Position numbers and translations under genes: made by a program
Shown here: piece after piece, positions 25,791 to 39,739 of the stretch
Position numbering within the stretch: the stretch's first letter is position 1
Layout of the letters: the number at the start of each line of letters is the position of its first letter
Notes under the pieces: model-generated
Told to the model about the DNA's origin: nothing
The model's database searches: none
The model's input: the letters and a program-made list of their open reading frames with translations, nothing else
Assembly: GCA_013265495.1 (NCBI GenBank)
Contig: MU058824.1
Span: 5,612,976-5,676,975, forward strand
Direction of reading: 5' to 3'
Length of the DNA stretch: 64,000 bases
Origin: Vicugna vicugna
Lineage: Eukaryota

Positions 25791-26984
25791 TTTGACAGAA
25801 CTTTAAAATCAGAGGTGCCTTCAGTTCATTCTTCAGATGCTCTTTACAATTCTTCAGATCTTTAATTTCTTTAAAATAGAACTTGCAAGTAGAGAATACC
25901 ATGCCATCCTTCCACTCAGATAGGAAAGGAGGCATTAGATATTAAATACTTGTCACACATCCCTCTTAGCTCTTTTAAAAACTATGAGATACACAACCTA
26001 GCTCCTTATTTGTGGACAGCCAAACCCCAGCACCTACTTACAAATGCTCTTGTTACTTTACTGTAGATAAATCCAAATATCTAATGAAAATCATCTAACT
26101 TAGAGACCAAAACCAAGCTGTTCTAAGAATGTGTGCTGAAGCAGAAACGATAACGTGCCATTCAGAATTCAGTCAAAGATTTTCATGTCCTTCCGCATGA
26201 CATATGGGATCTAAGAACTGAGAGAGTTGAGTGAGCATGAAAAGAACACTTTTAAAGACTCTGTTCCTGCTTCTCCCTCCACCTCCCAGCACTGCAGAAG
26301 CACAGATAAGAGAGGGGACTTGTGGATTGAGCATGAGTACCAATACAGCACTTTTAAGTGCTATTTCCCCCTTTGAGCATCAGTGAATCTAACAGCTAAG
26401 AAAAGGAGAGAGTGCAGGTGTATAACCTTCCACTTGTTCTCTCTCCAAAAACCCTCTGAGGTGCTTTCTTCTCCCTCTTTCCTTATGATTTCATATTTAA
26501 CATATGATCAGTAGAAAGAAGAGAAAAGGCTGTCAACTCAGGATAAAAAGAAAAAACTAGTTCTACCTGCCTACTTCCTTTTTTTTTTTCCAGAAAATTC
26601 TAGCATTTGTTTTTAGATCAAAGGCCCATGTGGAGAAAGGTATACACTAAAGAGCTGAGGGGAATGTGAGGGGTGATGTTTATGGGCAAAATCGGGCCAT
26701 GTGGTTATAAGATCCATGGGTATCACATAAAAATGGGGACTTAAGGTATATGTTTATGGTTAAAATGTGTATCTCCCCTATATTGCTTTACTAAATCCAC
26801 ATATCAACCTATGATGATTTAATCTTAGTCAATAGTGATTCATATTCATTCAGGCACATTTCTTAAATTTTTATCAATATTAACTTAATGAAATAGAGTG
26901 GAAGGTAGTTTACTTATAATGTCTGGGAAAGGCTTGATCTAGTTAATGATATTTCTGGAGTTCAGCTATCATAAGTCCAAAGGA

Positions 26985-27296
26985 ACACTGTCCAGTCATA
27001 TAATGTAAGCCACATATACTTTTTAAAAATGTTGTAGCCACATTAAAAATGTAACAATAAATAAATAAAATTAACTTCAAGAACATATTTTATTTCATTC
27101 CATATAGCCAAAGTGTTATTATTTCAACATGTAATCAATACGAAAAATTGAGATGCTTTACATTTTTTTCATGCTAAGTCTTTAAAATCTGATTTGTATT
27201 GTACTCTTAAAACACACTTCAAATTGAATGCTAAGTTTTCATAGAAATACTTGATCTGTAAACTCCAGAAAATTTACAGTTGAAAAAGTAGATCCA
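26985..27296. mobile_element. hAT-Charlie element fragment (MER33/Charlie-like)
   Basis: 'cactgtcca…ataatgtaagccacat…tagccacattaaaaa…atttcaacatgtaatcaata'. Confidence 0.7.
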
Positions 27297-27668
27297 CATG
27301 GAGAGAGTAAAAAGATCGTGGTTGCAAGGGGTTGGAGGGAAGGAGGTATAAACAGGCAGAACACGAAGAAGGTTTAGGGCAGTGACAATATTCCAGAGGA
27401 CAACACAGTGGAGACATGCCATTGTACGTCTGTCCAGACCCATCAAAATGGACATCATCAAGAGTGAACCCTAATGTAAATTATGAGCTCTGGGGTCATC
27501 TGGTTGATTCACCAGAGTGGTAACAAATGTCTCATTCTGGTGTCAGATATTGATAGTGGAGGAGGTTGTGTGTGTTGGGGAGAACAGGGGGTATGTGGGA
27601 ACTCTACTTTTCTGTTCAATTCCTCTGTGAACCAAAACTGCTCTAAAATGTAAAGTCTATCAAAAATT
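27297..27668 (+). mobile_element. L1MC-like 3'UTR fragment
   Basis: 'gtaaaaagatcgtggttgc…caagagtgaaccctaatgtaaattatg…ctgtgaaccaaaactgctctaaaa'. Confidence 0.85.
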
Positions 27669-28929
27669 TAATTGTGAACTGACCAGCAAACTTTCTCTTC
27701 AAACTTTGATTCTAACTTCTGTTTCTTCTGAGAACTTAATATATGTTTATATAATGTACCATACAGTTTAGCACTTGCATAGTATCTTGTAATTAAAATT
27801 TTTTTCTTCCCTTTTAGTTATGTCAACTACTAGGCAACAGAAGTTTGTGCCCATGTATTGTGCTTATTACATTGAAATTTACCTTCCAATCTATTAGCAG
27901 AATAGAGTAGACATAAACATATACCTTTGAAACCATCACCACATCAAGGTAATGAACACTGCAGGCCCCAGTCACTGAACCTAAGAGAGTAGTGAGAAAA
28001 GTTCTTTTCCTCTCTTACATTTGCTTTTCTGATTGTAAAGGTGTGCACTTTAAAATGGATCAGTAAAAAAATTTTCCTAATAAAAATTCTTGGCTCTTGA
28101 AAGTTTATGGTATTGAGATCCCTGAGCAGAATCCTATTGCTATGACGTAAAATGGTGTTGCTCCTTCATCTGAGCCCATCACCTCTCAGAGTCTGTGGAG
28201 AGTGGTAGAAGGAATAGATTTTCCATAGCACTCCTTTAAAAATTAACATTTGTGCATCCTCACAATTTTACTTGGGGAAGTAGGTGAGGAAGTGTAGACT
28301 TAAGCAAAGAAAATGCTTTCAAAATAAGTGCATTATTACACACTTGCTTCAGGGATTAGCAATACCCCATTACAGACAAATTGGATGCCTGAATCAATAG
28401 TATATACTGTGAAGCCAAGTGCTAAGTGAGTCCTGATTTCTGGATCCTTCTGTTCTGTTACAGTGATTTCAAATACCATGGCCCCTTCTATCAGGACTTT
28501 TCAGACATGGACTGGGCAGAGCAGTAAGTATCAGGCCATTCAGTTCATTTCAGAGAGCACTGATTGGAAACATGACACATTGATTTGTGTGTAGAACAGA
28601 ATAAAAAGTGCATAAGACATAGTCCTTGACTGCCAAGAGCATTGCTTGTCTGGAAGTTGAGTTCTCTAATGAAGATAGGATACTACCAATATACTATTTA
28701 ATTTTAGCTTCAAATTCTAGGCTCTCAGGGAAATTCTTTTTTTCTACTTTTCTTCCTTATAATGATAAATGAAGATTAAAATGCTACCTGATGTTCTAGA
28801 ACACTGTTTTCCATTTCTCATGTCCAAAAAATTCTGGGCAGAATTGAATCAGAAAAGCCCTTTCAGAACCCATTATCTCGAGTTTAAATCCAAAATCTTT
28901 GCTAATACCTCCAGGGGAACAGACTAGAA

Positions 28930-29350
28930 GATCTCTGACCTGTGTATTGCTACGCCATCATCTCTTTCTAGCTACATTTTGTCTCTGCTCACATTGGTCT
29001 CTTAATCTTCCTCAAATGCACCAAAGGGCTCATGACCTTTGGATTTGCTGTTCTCTCTGCCTGGAATTTCTCTTCCTATAACTGACTCTTATCAGTCAGT
29101 TTTGTTCTGATATATTTCTTCAAGGAGAGTTTCTCTGACCACTTTTTCTAAACTAACCTTCCTCATGCCCCGTTTCTCTCTACCCTCTTTCCTTTTTAAT
29201 TTTCTTCACAGAACTTAACCACTCTCTTCATTTGGTTATTTTTTGTATCCTATACTGATATCTAAGGTCCCAGAAAAGGGCTTTGTCTTACCCAAAACAG
29301 CAGTAGGCATCTCATACTGGGTGCTCAACAAATAGCTATTAAATTAATGA
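28930..29350 (+). mobile_element. L2 LINE 3' fragment
   Basis: 'tttgctgttctctctgcctggaat…ttctctgaccac…gtgctcaacaaatagctattaaattaatga'. Confidence 0.65.
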
Positions 29351-31139
29351 CTGTTTTTCTCATCTATTCACTGCTTGAGGGGTGCTGGGTAAGTCAGTTA
29401 ACATCTTTTAGTCATAGTTAAATATTACACAAATATAAGTTAAGTATTGTTATTTTTCCAGTTGAAGTAAACTGGGCCTCCAAAGAACTACCAAACTCCC
29501 TTAGATTCCAAACAGAAAACACCAGTGTCTGCTTTGCACAGCAAAAATGAATCTCTACGCTTCAGCTAGCAAATGGAGGTGGTGGTGTGGGAGGCATGCC
29601 ATGAGGGTTTTCCACCTTCCTACAACCATAGCAAAAAGTCCTTTAAAGAAGAAACAGACTAGAATGTTTTAAGATGGGGATTCATCCCAAGGATGCCATT
29701 CTTTTTTGAGTCTGTCTGTTGGGAAAGCAAAGACCCTTGTGGCATTCCCATACGCTCATCTCAGTAACTTCCTGTCCCCAAAGGTATTTTGTATTTAGCC
29801 ACCGTATTTTTGTCAGCTGAGGCATTATTCAGTTTCTGAAAGGCACATGTAAGAAAATTGAAAATGAAAGGCAACCAGCTAACACTATTTAGATAATGAC
29901 AGTAATAATGTGGTAAATTGGTATATTCTTCAAGAAAATACGCAGGGAGACTCATTTCAAACAACCTACCTTGTATTAAATAGGATCTACTTAAAATAAT
30001 CATGCAGCTCAGATGGACAGGCTATGGGCACATTAGCAGCTATACAGAAACACTTCAAAATGACGATAGCTAAATTCTAACCCTCAATCTCAACAATGTT
30101 CATATGATGTATAGGAAAGAAAATAAGGGGGTAAATTATTAGCTGACAGTGCATATTAATTGCAAAGTCACTAAAACCTTTTCAGTTGCTTAAACTGACG
30201 GTAGTACAAAGCCACGTGCTAATAAACAGAGGAGAAGCAGCTTGCTGTGTACAGTCACTCCTTAGTAAGGTTAACAAACTACATTAACCATTCACTCATC
30301 TGTAACTGGTAATTAATCACTCCTTGAAAATTACATTGTATAATAAATGAGGACAGACATGATTCATTAAAACTTCTAATTAATTCTATTTAATACTATT
30401 TCATAGTTCATTGATAAGTGCTGAGAGAAAGATTACACTGTAGGATATTTGATGCATTACTGCTGAAGAAGTAAATAGGGGGAACATTATCTAAAATGAA
30501 ACATGAACACTTGCAAATGAAAATGTCAGATGTTTATCACCACAGAGCTTAGTTCTGTACTCAAGGGTCTCTCAGCATTACCAGTGGAAAACTCCATTTT
30601 CAGAGCTGTATCAATTGGTTGTAAAAGCTCTTCTGAGTTCAACCTTGAAGCTCAGCATCTCTTGCTGGGGACGAGCTGATTCTACTTTGTTTTTCTAATA
30701 AATATTTGTGCCTGTTTTGTGGGCTAATGGCAAGACTGTTGTTAAGCAAGTATTTCCGCAAGAAAAGCAAATTTACCTAACAGGCAGTTATGGTTTGGGG
30801 TCATTTAATTGCACTCTGTGTGTGCTTGTGTTTATGTGTGTGTGCATGTCCATGTGTGTTAAACTAGACATTAAAATAGCAAGGATATTAGTGTCAAGAA
30901 AATCCCTGTGCATTAACTATAAAGTACTATTTTCCAGAGAAGAATCAGACTGTGAAGTACATAGTTTACAGCCTGGGCTGAGGAGAAGGTAATCACTGCT
31001 GATAAGTGAATAATGTATACTTTAAAATTAAATTATGGAATAATGCATTGTTAACTTTTTTCCTTTTGCTTTACCAGCCATATAATATGCCTCAAAAATG
31101 GGTTATAGGAACCATTAGTCGTTCCATGGCATCAAGAGT

Positions 31140-32585
31140 GAGAACTCTTAACAGGAGAAAATATTCACAAAGCAGATACCTAAAAAAAAATTTGTATCCT
31201 GAATTTATAAAGAACTTCTACAATTTAATAATGAGACAAAAAACTCCATAATTTGAACAGACAAAAAAAAAAAGATGTCCAAACTGCCAAACACATAAAT
31301 ATATGCTTAACATTATTAATCACTGAGGAAATGATAATAAAGACCAAAAGATACCAATATACACTCGTTAAACTTGTTAAAATTTAAAAGACCAATGATA
31401 CCAAGTATTGGCAAAGATGTGGAGCAGTTGGAATGTTCATATGCCACTGGTGGAGTATAAAATTGAAAACCACTTTGGAAAAAATTTTGACAGCTCTTAA
31501 AAATAATAAGCATACATCCACTATACAACCCAACCATTCTACTCCAAGGTATTTACAGAAGAGTAATAAAATATTTGTTTACAATTTACTCATATGTGGA
31601 TATTCAGGGAAGCTTTATTAATAATGGCCCCAAATTTTAAGCAAACCAACTGTCCGTCAAGAATCAAATACATAAATCAAATGTACTATATTCATACAAT
31701 GGAATACTACTCAGAAGGAAAAAAACTGTCAGTGTGGATGGAAAAAGTCAGACACAGACGCCTACAGAGAATATGAAAATCTAGAAAATGCAAATTAAGC
31801 TAGAGTCACAAAGAGCAGACCAAGCATTGCCTGGAGCTGTGTGCTAGAGGAAAGATGAGTTATAAAGGAGCCTGAGAATTTGAAAAGATACATGTATCCC
31901 GGTGTTCACAGCAGCACCACTCACAATAGCCAAGACATGAACCCAAACTCAATGTCCATGAACAGATGAATGGATAGAGAAGAGAATTACTCAGCCATAA
32001 AAAATAAAATACTGCCATTTTCAGCAACATGGTTGGAACTAGAGATTATCATACTAAGTGAAGAAAGTCAGGCAGAGAAAGACAAATACTGTATGATATT
32101 ACTTATAAGTAGACTCTAAAAGAAAGTAATACAAATCAGCTTATTTACAAAACAGAAACAGACTCACAGACAGAGAAAACAAACTTATGGTTACCAAAGG
32201 GGAAAGGGGAAGAAGAGGGGTAAATTAGGAGTGTTGGATTAACAGATACACACCACTATATATGAAATAGATAAAACAACAAGGATTTACTGCATAGTAT
32301 GTGGAACTATATTTAATATCTTATAATAACCTATAATGAAAGAGAATCTGAAGATGTACACCTGAAACTAACACAATATTGTAACTCAGCTATAGTTTAA
32401 TAAATAAAATTGAATAAATATAAGTTAAAAAAATAAAGGAGCCTAACGAGTCTTTTGGAGCTGATGGCAATGTTTGTATATGGTAATGGTGGCAGCTCAC
32501 TGGTGTATGTCAAAACTCATCACATTTTATTCTTTAAATGAATGCAGTTTATTGAAAGGAAATCATTTTTTAACAAAGTTGGTAT
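31140..32585 (+). mobile_element. Old L1M (MC/MD/ME-like) 3' end, split by a younger L1 at 31874-32432
   Basis: 'ataccaagtattggcaaagatgtggagcagttggaa…ttcatacaatggaatactactcag', resuming at 'cttttggagctgatggcaatgtt…gtcaaaactcatc'. Confidence 0.8.
31874..32432 (+). mobile_element. Nested cetartiodactyl-type L1 3' end
   Basis: 'ttatttacaaaacagaaacagactcacagacagagaaaacaaacttatggttaccaaagggga'. Exact 12-bp TSD ataaaggagcct at 31862-31873 and 32433-32444. Confidence 0.92.
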
Positions 32586-34004
32586 TTTAAAATGAATTAT
32601 AAATTTGGTTGATACATATCCCACTCAAAATAACAGGACTCTTTAGTAAAACAATTACTTTAAAGCTTCAACTAAATTATACCTGCATAAGTGGCAGTAG
32701 GAGAAGTGTGCTACAGGAGAGGGAACAAGTTCTGAAAAATATAAACTCCTTTCTGATTCTGATCAGGTGGGCATCTCATCAATATGTTTCATTTTTCGGG
32801 AAAGATGATTCTGCAACTTTTCCTCAAAGTGAGTGACTTGAAAATGCTGATGTAAACGGAGCCTCCAAACATTATCCTTCCTTTTGTTTAAGGAGGAACT
32901 GGTTGAGGGAGTTGCTGCATGGAGTCCAAAGAATGGCAGTTTAGGTATTAGACCCTGTGCCTGCCTCTGTCTGTGAAAAACTGTGCGATTTTAGACTTTA
33001 ACATCTTTGGATGCATTTCCTCATCAAAGGAAAAAGGGCTGAGCTAGTTGCTTTTTTTGAAGCCCAAGGACTGTGTAGAAGTATGTGCGTACAAACTTAC
33101 TAGGGACTGTGAAAGGAGATGAGGGGAGGAGTTTGCAGGGGGTCATTCTAGGTACTAGGTCTCCAGTTTCTGAGTTTATGGTGTCTATTGTTGGAAAAAC
33201 TTTTTTGTTTAGTTGTAAATTACAGGTCTTGATTCTTCCTAGCCCAACATTATACAGCACAACAAGTAGGCAAACTCAAAAGACATATGCTTCATTAATA
33301 TTTTTTATTGTATTGGAATTACACTTGATAATACACTGTTTCAACTAATATCATTTTTAATAATACTATCAAATTTAATTAACACTTTCCTAGAAGAAAA
33401 GCAGACAGCCTCAAAGTTCTTCACTGGTTTACTTTTCAAAACACTTTAAAGGCAAGATCTTTGCAATTCTCACAACCAGAGCCAATGCTTATGAAAGACT
33501 AGTATAAATGTGTAGAAAGTAAAAAGACAGTAATTCTTATTGATGCTAGATTATTAACTTGACCTATTTTTCTCTTCTTACTGGATTGACCTTTTAGTGG
33601 TCTAGATTATCCACTCATTTTCAATTAAGTTTCCATATGGCATATTGAAGCTGACCCTGTTACAATTAGAAAACTACTCAGAAGGAAGGAGGCCATAAAT
33701 ATTGTTAGAGAAATTATATTTTGTGCATTATGTACTTAGACTTTATGAGCCAATAAAAAAGAAAGAAGGAGAAGGAAAAAAAAAGAAAGAAATGGAAGGT
33801 TGTTATAGTACAGTGGATAAAACAGGCCATAAGTTAATTGCTTATATAGTTATATCCTCCTCTCATATCGAGGTCTTATTTGTTCCAGTTTTATAGACAG
33901 TTGATGTAATTTCCCCATACAGGCTGTGAAGACGTTTTATTTAGGTGCTAAGTAAGTATTTTAACAAATTTTAATTGTTATTAAGAGGCAACAAAGTAGA
34001 AAAA

Positions 34005-34180
34005 TATTAAGCCTTAAAGGAGATAAACTGGCTTTTAAGCTAAGTTCTGCAACTTACTAACCTGGGCAAGTCATTTATCCTTCCTAGACCTCAGTTTTCT
34101 TATCTCTAAAATACTTGTTTCTGGGGAGTCATCAGGATTAAAGAACACAATATATGTGGTGCCCTTACAACTAATATGTT
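34005..34180 (+). mobile_element. MIR SINE fragment
   Basis: 'cctgggcaagtcatttatccttcctagacctcagttttcttatctctaaaat…aggattaaa'. Confidence 0.75.
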
Positions 34181-34254
34181 GACATCAATTTTTATATTTT
34201 GATGAAATCATTGCTTCTTAGATTTCTAGTCCCTTAAAGTGCTTGAGGTAACCC

Positions 34255-34782
34255 AGGGGAATCCAGACCAGATGATGATAAAGGAGGCTCCTGAATTTCT
34301 CTCCTCCCATGGATGCACTGAGTGCAGTCACATGAAGCAATTCCTTCTGAGAGAAATCCAGAAGTGAGCTGTTTGACTCTTATGTATCAGGTGATAGAAA
34401 AACCCCACATCAAAACAGGTAGGAAAGGCTGAGACACACTCTTGCCATAAACCCCACCCTGGCACAGTGCCATACAATCAGGAAGGAACCCCTACTTTCA
34501 GCTTCTCCCTGAGGATTGAAGGATTTGGACTGCAATTTCTTTTGTGCGCCAACTTTTGAGGCTACCACCCAAGGGACAGGTACCCAAATCACCTGGCTGA
34601 GTCCCTTCTATAACAAAGAAGCAGCTGTTAAAGAGCATGTAAGCACTTGTCACAGCTAAGGTCTCAGGACTCAGTGTAGTGAAAGTAGGCAAAAACACCT
34701 ATCCCCCAGTCTTCCTTGGAAAGGGTGTGACTTCATACTTCACAAACTGCTGGCTAAGGTTACCAGATGGACCTCACAAATA

Positions 34783-34824
<42 letters not shown>

Positions 34825-37075
34825 CATATATGAAATTCTACACAACAGCAGCAGAATATATATTCTTGGAACATATGGAACATCCTCCAGGACAGATCAC
34901 ATGTTAGGCCACAAAAAAAAGTCTTAAAAATTTAAGAAGATTGAAATCATATAAAGCATCTTCATGGACCACAATGGTGTGAAACTAGAAATAAATTACA
35001 AGAAGAAAAGTGGAAAATTCACAAATATGTGGATATTAAACAACATACTCCTTATCAACCAATGGGTCAAAGAAAAAAAAAAAGAGAAATCAAAGAATAT
35101 CTTGAGACAAATGAAAATGGATACACAGAATACCAAAACTTATGGGATGCAGCAAGGCAGTTCTAAGAGGAAATTTTATAGTGATGAACTCCTACATTAA
35201 GAAGAAAGACAGATTTCAAATAAACAACCTAACTTACACCTCAAGGAATTAGAAAAAGAAGAACAAACTAAGCCCAAAGTTAGTAGAAGGAAGCAAATAA
35301 AATGAAATAAGTGAGTAGAGACTAGAAAGGCAATGGAGAAGATCAATAAAAGCAAGAGCTGTTTTTTAAAAAGATAAATAAAACTGACAATCTTTTAGCT
35401 AGGCTAACTAAGGAAAAAGAAGTAAGACTAAAAAAATAAAACCAGAGATGAAAGAAGAAATATTACAACTGATACTACAGAAATACTAAGGATCATAAGA
35501 AACTACTATGAAAATTATATGCTAACAAAGTAGATAACCTTTAAGAAATAAACTCCTAGAAACATACAACCTATAGACTAAGTCATGAATAAACAGAAAA
35601 TCTGAACAGAACAATTACTAGTTAGGAGACTGAATCAGAAATCAAAAACCCTTAAACAAAGAAAATTCTAGGGCCAGATGGGCTCACTGGTGAATTCAAC
35701 TAAACATTTAATTAAGAATTAATACCAATCTTCTCAAACTCTTCCAAAAAACAAAAACAGAACAGGAGAAAACACTTCCAAACTCATTTTACAAGGCCAG
35801 CATTACCCTGATATCAAAGCCAGACAAGGACAATAGGATACTACAAGAAAAGAAAAGGAAAAAAAAAAAAAGGCCAAAATTCCTTATGAATCTAGATGCA
35901 AAAATCCTCAACAAAGTATTAGTAAACCAAATTCAACAATACATTCAAAGGAAAATATGCCATGATAAAGTGAGATTTATTCTTTGGATGCAAGGATGTT
36001 TTCATATATACAAATTAATAAATGTGATATAATACATGAACAAAATGAAGCCAAAAAATCACATGATTATCTAATTAGATGCAGAAAAAGCATTTGACAA
36101 AATTTGATACTCACTTACAATAAAAACTGTTTTAACAGATTGGTTATAGAAGAAATGTACCTCAATATAATAAAGACCATATGTAACAAGCCCACAGCTC
36201 ACATCATACTCAATGATGAAAAGCTAAAAGCTTTTCCGTTAAGATCAGGAACAAGATAAGAGCACTCATCTCATCACTTTTATTCAATATAATAATAGAA
36301 GTTTTAGCCAAGGCAATTAGACAAGAAAAAGAAATAAAAGACATCTGAAACAGAGAAGAAGTAAAACTGTTTGCTGATGACATATTATATATATAAAACC
36401 CTGAAGACTCCCATCAAAAATCTTTTAGAAGTAATAAATGAGTTTTGTAAAGTTGAAGGAGACAAAATCAATATAAAAATTAGTTGAATTTCTGTAAATT
36501 AACAACTATCAAAAAGAAATTAAGCAATCCCATTTATAATTGCATCAAAAAGAATAAAATATTTAGATGTAAATTTAACTAAGGAGGTGAAAGAAATTGA
36601 GTAAATCATAAATAAAGATATTCATGTTTATGAATTGGAAAAGTAATACTGTTAAAATGTCCATACTTCCCAAAGTAATCTATAGATTCAATACAATCCC
36701 TATCAAAATTCCAATGTCTATTTCACAGATAGGAAAAATAACCCTAAAATTGGTGTAAAATCACACCCCTGAAAACTCCTGAATATCCAGAGCAATCCTG
36801 AGAAAGAACAAAGCTGTAGGCATCATATTTCCTTCCCTCAAACTACATTACAAAGCTATGATTAAAGAAACAGTACAGTACTGCCAAAAAACAGACACAG
36901 AGACCAATGAAACAGAAGAGAGCACCCAGAAATAAACTCATATTTATGGTCAATTAATTTTCAACAAAAACACCAAGAATATACAATGGGGAAAGGACAG
37001 TTTCTTTAATAAATGACAATGGGAATATTAGATATCCATATGCAAAAGAATGAAACTGCATCCTTATCTTATACC
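34255..37075 (+). mobile_element. Decayed long L1: 5'UTR-like segment, internal deletion, then ORF2 (endonuclease to RT and beyond), 3'-truncated
   Basis: Endonuclease motifs GTSSRTDHMLGHK and DHNGVKLEIN, 'gggccagatgggctcactggtgaattc' (GPDG.TGEF), 'gatgcagaaaaagcatttgacaaa' (DAEKAFDK), RT motif LFADD at 36367-36381. Many stops and frameshifts. The 5'UTR assignment of 34255-34775 is less certain. Confidence 0.9.
34787..34821. repeat. (TG)n microsatellite
   Basis: Uninterrupted TG run of about 17 units. Confidence 0.95.
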
Positions 37076-39112
37076 TTCTCCAAGGTCTGAATTCCAGACT
37101 TGGAGAGGAGCACCTCCTCTTCTGAGTTTGCTCTTTTCTTGTGTGCTCTTGCTCAGCCAAGGGCATTTTTTTGTTTTCTTTACCCCTTTATAGTTACACC
37201 TCTGTTACAGGTAACAATTATTTGTATTAAACTTTCCCTGTTTACCGTGTAACTTCTATCTTCTGTTTGAACTTTGACTGATATAGATTGATAAGGAGAG
37301 TGGCTCCAGAATATAGAATTGAAAAGATACGGTTTTGGGATTGGCCTGTTTGTGCCCTTTGGCTTGACTACAATGCTTAGCCCTTTGCCAATAGGAAATG
37401 GGATACCAGTAACCCATGGCATGCAGGGACAACTGCAAAGACTGTGGAGTGGGGTGGATATTTTTGAGTGCACTTGAGTACACGCAGAAAGAACATGAGA
37501 GTCCCAGGTCTCTTAACATTCAGCTCAAGTCACAGTTTGAGAACCAGAGCTTCTATGATAGCCCTAAACACCCTCTGATTCTTACAGCCTCAGAGTTAAT
37601 ATTGCTGAAAATCAAACACAAAATTTAGTTGCACAGGTTGCTGAACTACAACAGTTTTATTCAGAGTCTTGTAAGGTTTCCTATAAGAAAGTGAGGATGT
37701 AGATCAGAAAATAGTGAGACCCTGAATCTTGGAAATTAGGATATATGGTTGGGTTCATAAAAAACTGGTAATTTTGACCCCCAAGTTTATTCTGAGCTTT
37801 ACTTATCAGTGGAAATAGCTTGCTTTCCAATGTCTGAGGAAACTAGCTCTCCTTCACATGAAAAGCCTCTGGTAACCTCACTGGGGAAAGATGTCTTGTT
37901 CTCAAGACACAGCACAACCACCTCTTGTTGCTACAAGACTTATAGCTAGAGTCAGATACAACCAGGCTATAGGAAACAGGAATATACTATGGCCCAGGAG
38001 GAGATAGTTTACATATCAAAATAATTTTAAGACTTTCCTAATATGCACCAGGAGAAACCTGTAGAAAATACATGGAAATGGAGTCTAAGGGTCTTAGACC
38101 AAGGATGACAGAATGTAACATTGGATTGGGCTGAATTTTGTTGATATGGTACACTTACTAGAGATTTTGGATTTGTTGTGTTAGGTCATGCAGCTTTGGG
38201 TAACTAATAGTTAATTAGTTGGTGGGCAGAAAGTTGGATTCCATGGTAAATATATAGTTTTAAAGAAACTGAGATTCCAGAGCTTCCCTGTCACGTTACA
38301 GAGGAGAGAATTCAAAGGCTTTGGAGAAAATCCAAATGGCAGATTGAATTTGTCATGTGTGAGCCCCCCACCCCCAAACTATGATCCATGAGAAACCGCA
38401 GAAGGCACCCCTTTCACTAAGCATTTAGAAATGCATTACCAGAAGGAGCACCTGGATCCTTGAAAGGTTCTACGCTACTCTGTTTTGCAGGCTAGGCATA
38501 CCTGTACATATAAGCTCCTTGATTTCAATGGGGATGAGGAGAATCCAGAGTGGCAGAGACCAACAGCAGTACCTAATCACCAGAGACAAGGTGGCACATC
38601 TACCATGAGGGGCAGCAAACATGTATCAGTAATCAGAAGTTTTTTAGCCTGCAGAGATATTTGGCAAAGGGTTATTTATAGCAGTGTTTCTAGAAACACC
38701 ACCAGATAAGCAGCCTATTAGAGTATTGCCGGACCCACGGAAGAGGAATACTCCAGCTCTCATAGACCAAACGCCTGACCTGTGGGTAGTCATGACCTTA
38801 CCAAATGAGCACAGATTGTGAGGATGTTTATGCTCCATATGAATGTCCACCAAAAGGAAATCACTATAGAGAGGATTCTTAATAACCAGGTGGATAAAAT
38901 TATATTCTCAGTGGCTATCAGTCAGTCTTTTGTCACAGCCACTCAGTGCTTGCTCAAGGGTCCTTATGGACCAGAGTGGCTACGGCAGCAGGGATGGAAG
39001 CTATGTGTCGACTCACAAACATAGATTTACCTTCACCAAGGTAAGTCACTGCATGACTTGGCTCATGCAGTGCTAAGTGTCTAATTTGCCAAAAGCAGTT
39101 TACACCCCATTC
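37076..39112 (+). mobile_element. ERVL remnant: LTR 3' end (to ~37285), then decayed gag and a pol (RNase H / integrase N-terminal) fragment
   Basis: LTR-type end 'attaaactttccctgttt…tgactgatata'. Gag-like 'tggaaatggagtctaagggtcttagaccaagga…ttggattgggctgaatttt' (cf. ERVL WEWILRV…LDQAEF) near 38070-38140. Pol-like HMNVHQK…NNQVDK in ORF 38818..39024, and 'tgtctaatttgccaaaagcag' (CLICQKQ, cf. CPICQQQ). Confidence 0.85.
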
Positions 39113-39739
39113 AAAGACATGAATGGAGGTCCCTTTAGATAGATGTTCAGCTGAGTCATTTATAAGAAATGCTATAGGCACACACACACTGGGTGTGTGT
39201 GTGTGTGGGGGGGTAGATTGAAGCAGTAGAAGTTTTTAAGCTTCTCCAAGATTCTACTGGGAAGCCAAGGGTTGAGAATCACTATGTTAGTAAACCCCAC
39301 GACAAGCATATGATTCAGTCAATTTCTTTCTCTTCCAGAAAATAAGATTCTTTGACAATAATTGCCAATCTCTAATTATTGTTGTAGGACAAATTTAAGT
39401 CAATTCAATACAGCTCAAGGTTTAAATTAATAAAGATGTTTAAATAAATGTTGAATAGATTTTACCCCTAATTTCTGCTTAATCAATTGCTACTTAACTT
39501 TGACTTTCTACTCTTAGGCAAACTTTTACTATTTAGAATCTTTTCAGCTTTGTGGGATTCATAAAACCAACCAACTATCCCTAGAATTTCCTGTCTGTTT
39601 TCTTTCTATTAAGCAGGTAGAGCAAAGATTTAAAGTTCGGGGTAAGACACAGTGCAGCTGCTGGTGCTGTGAATTTTGGATGGCTTCCTCCAGCCAGTGC
39701 ATGGCGAGTAAGCCACAGAGGCTGCCTGGCTGGCTCTGA

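Noticed and set aside
34830..37075. L1 ORF2 as an active or domesticated reverse transcriptase
   Set aside because: Numerous stops and frameshifts. No long ORF survives.
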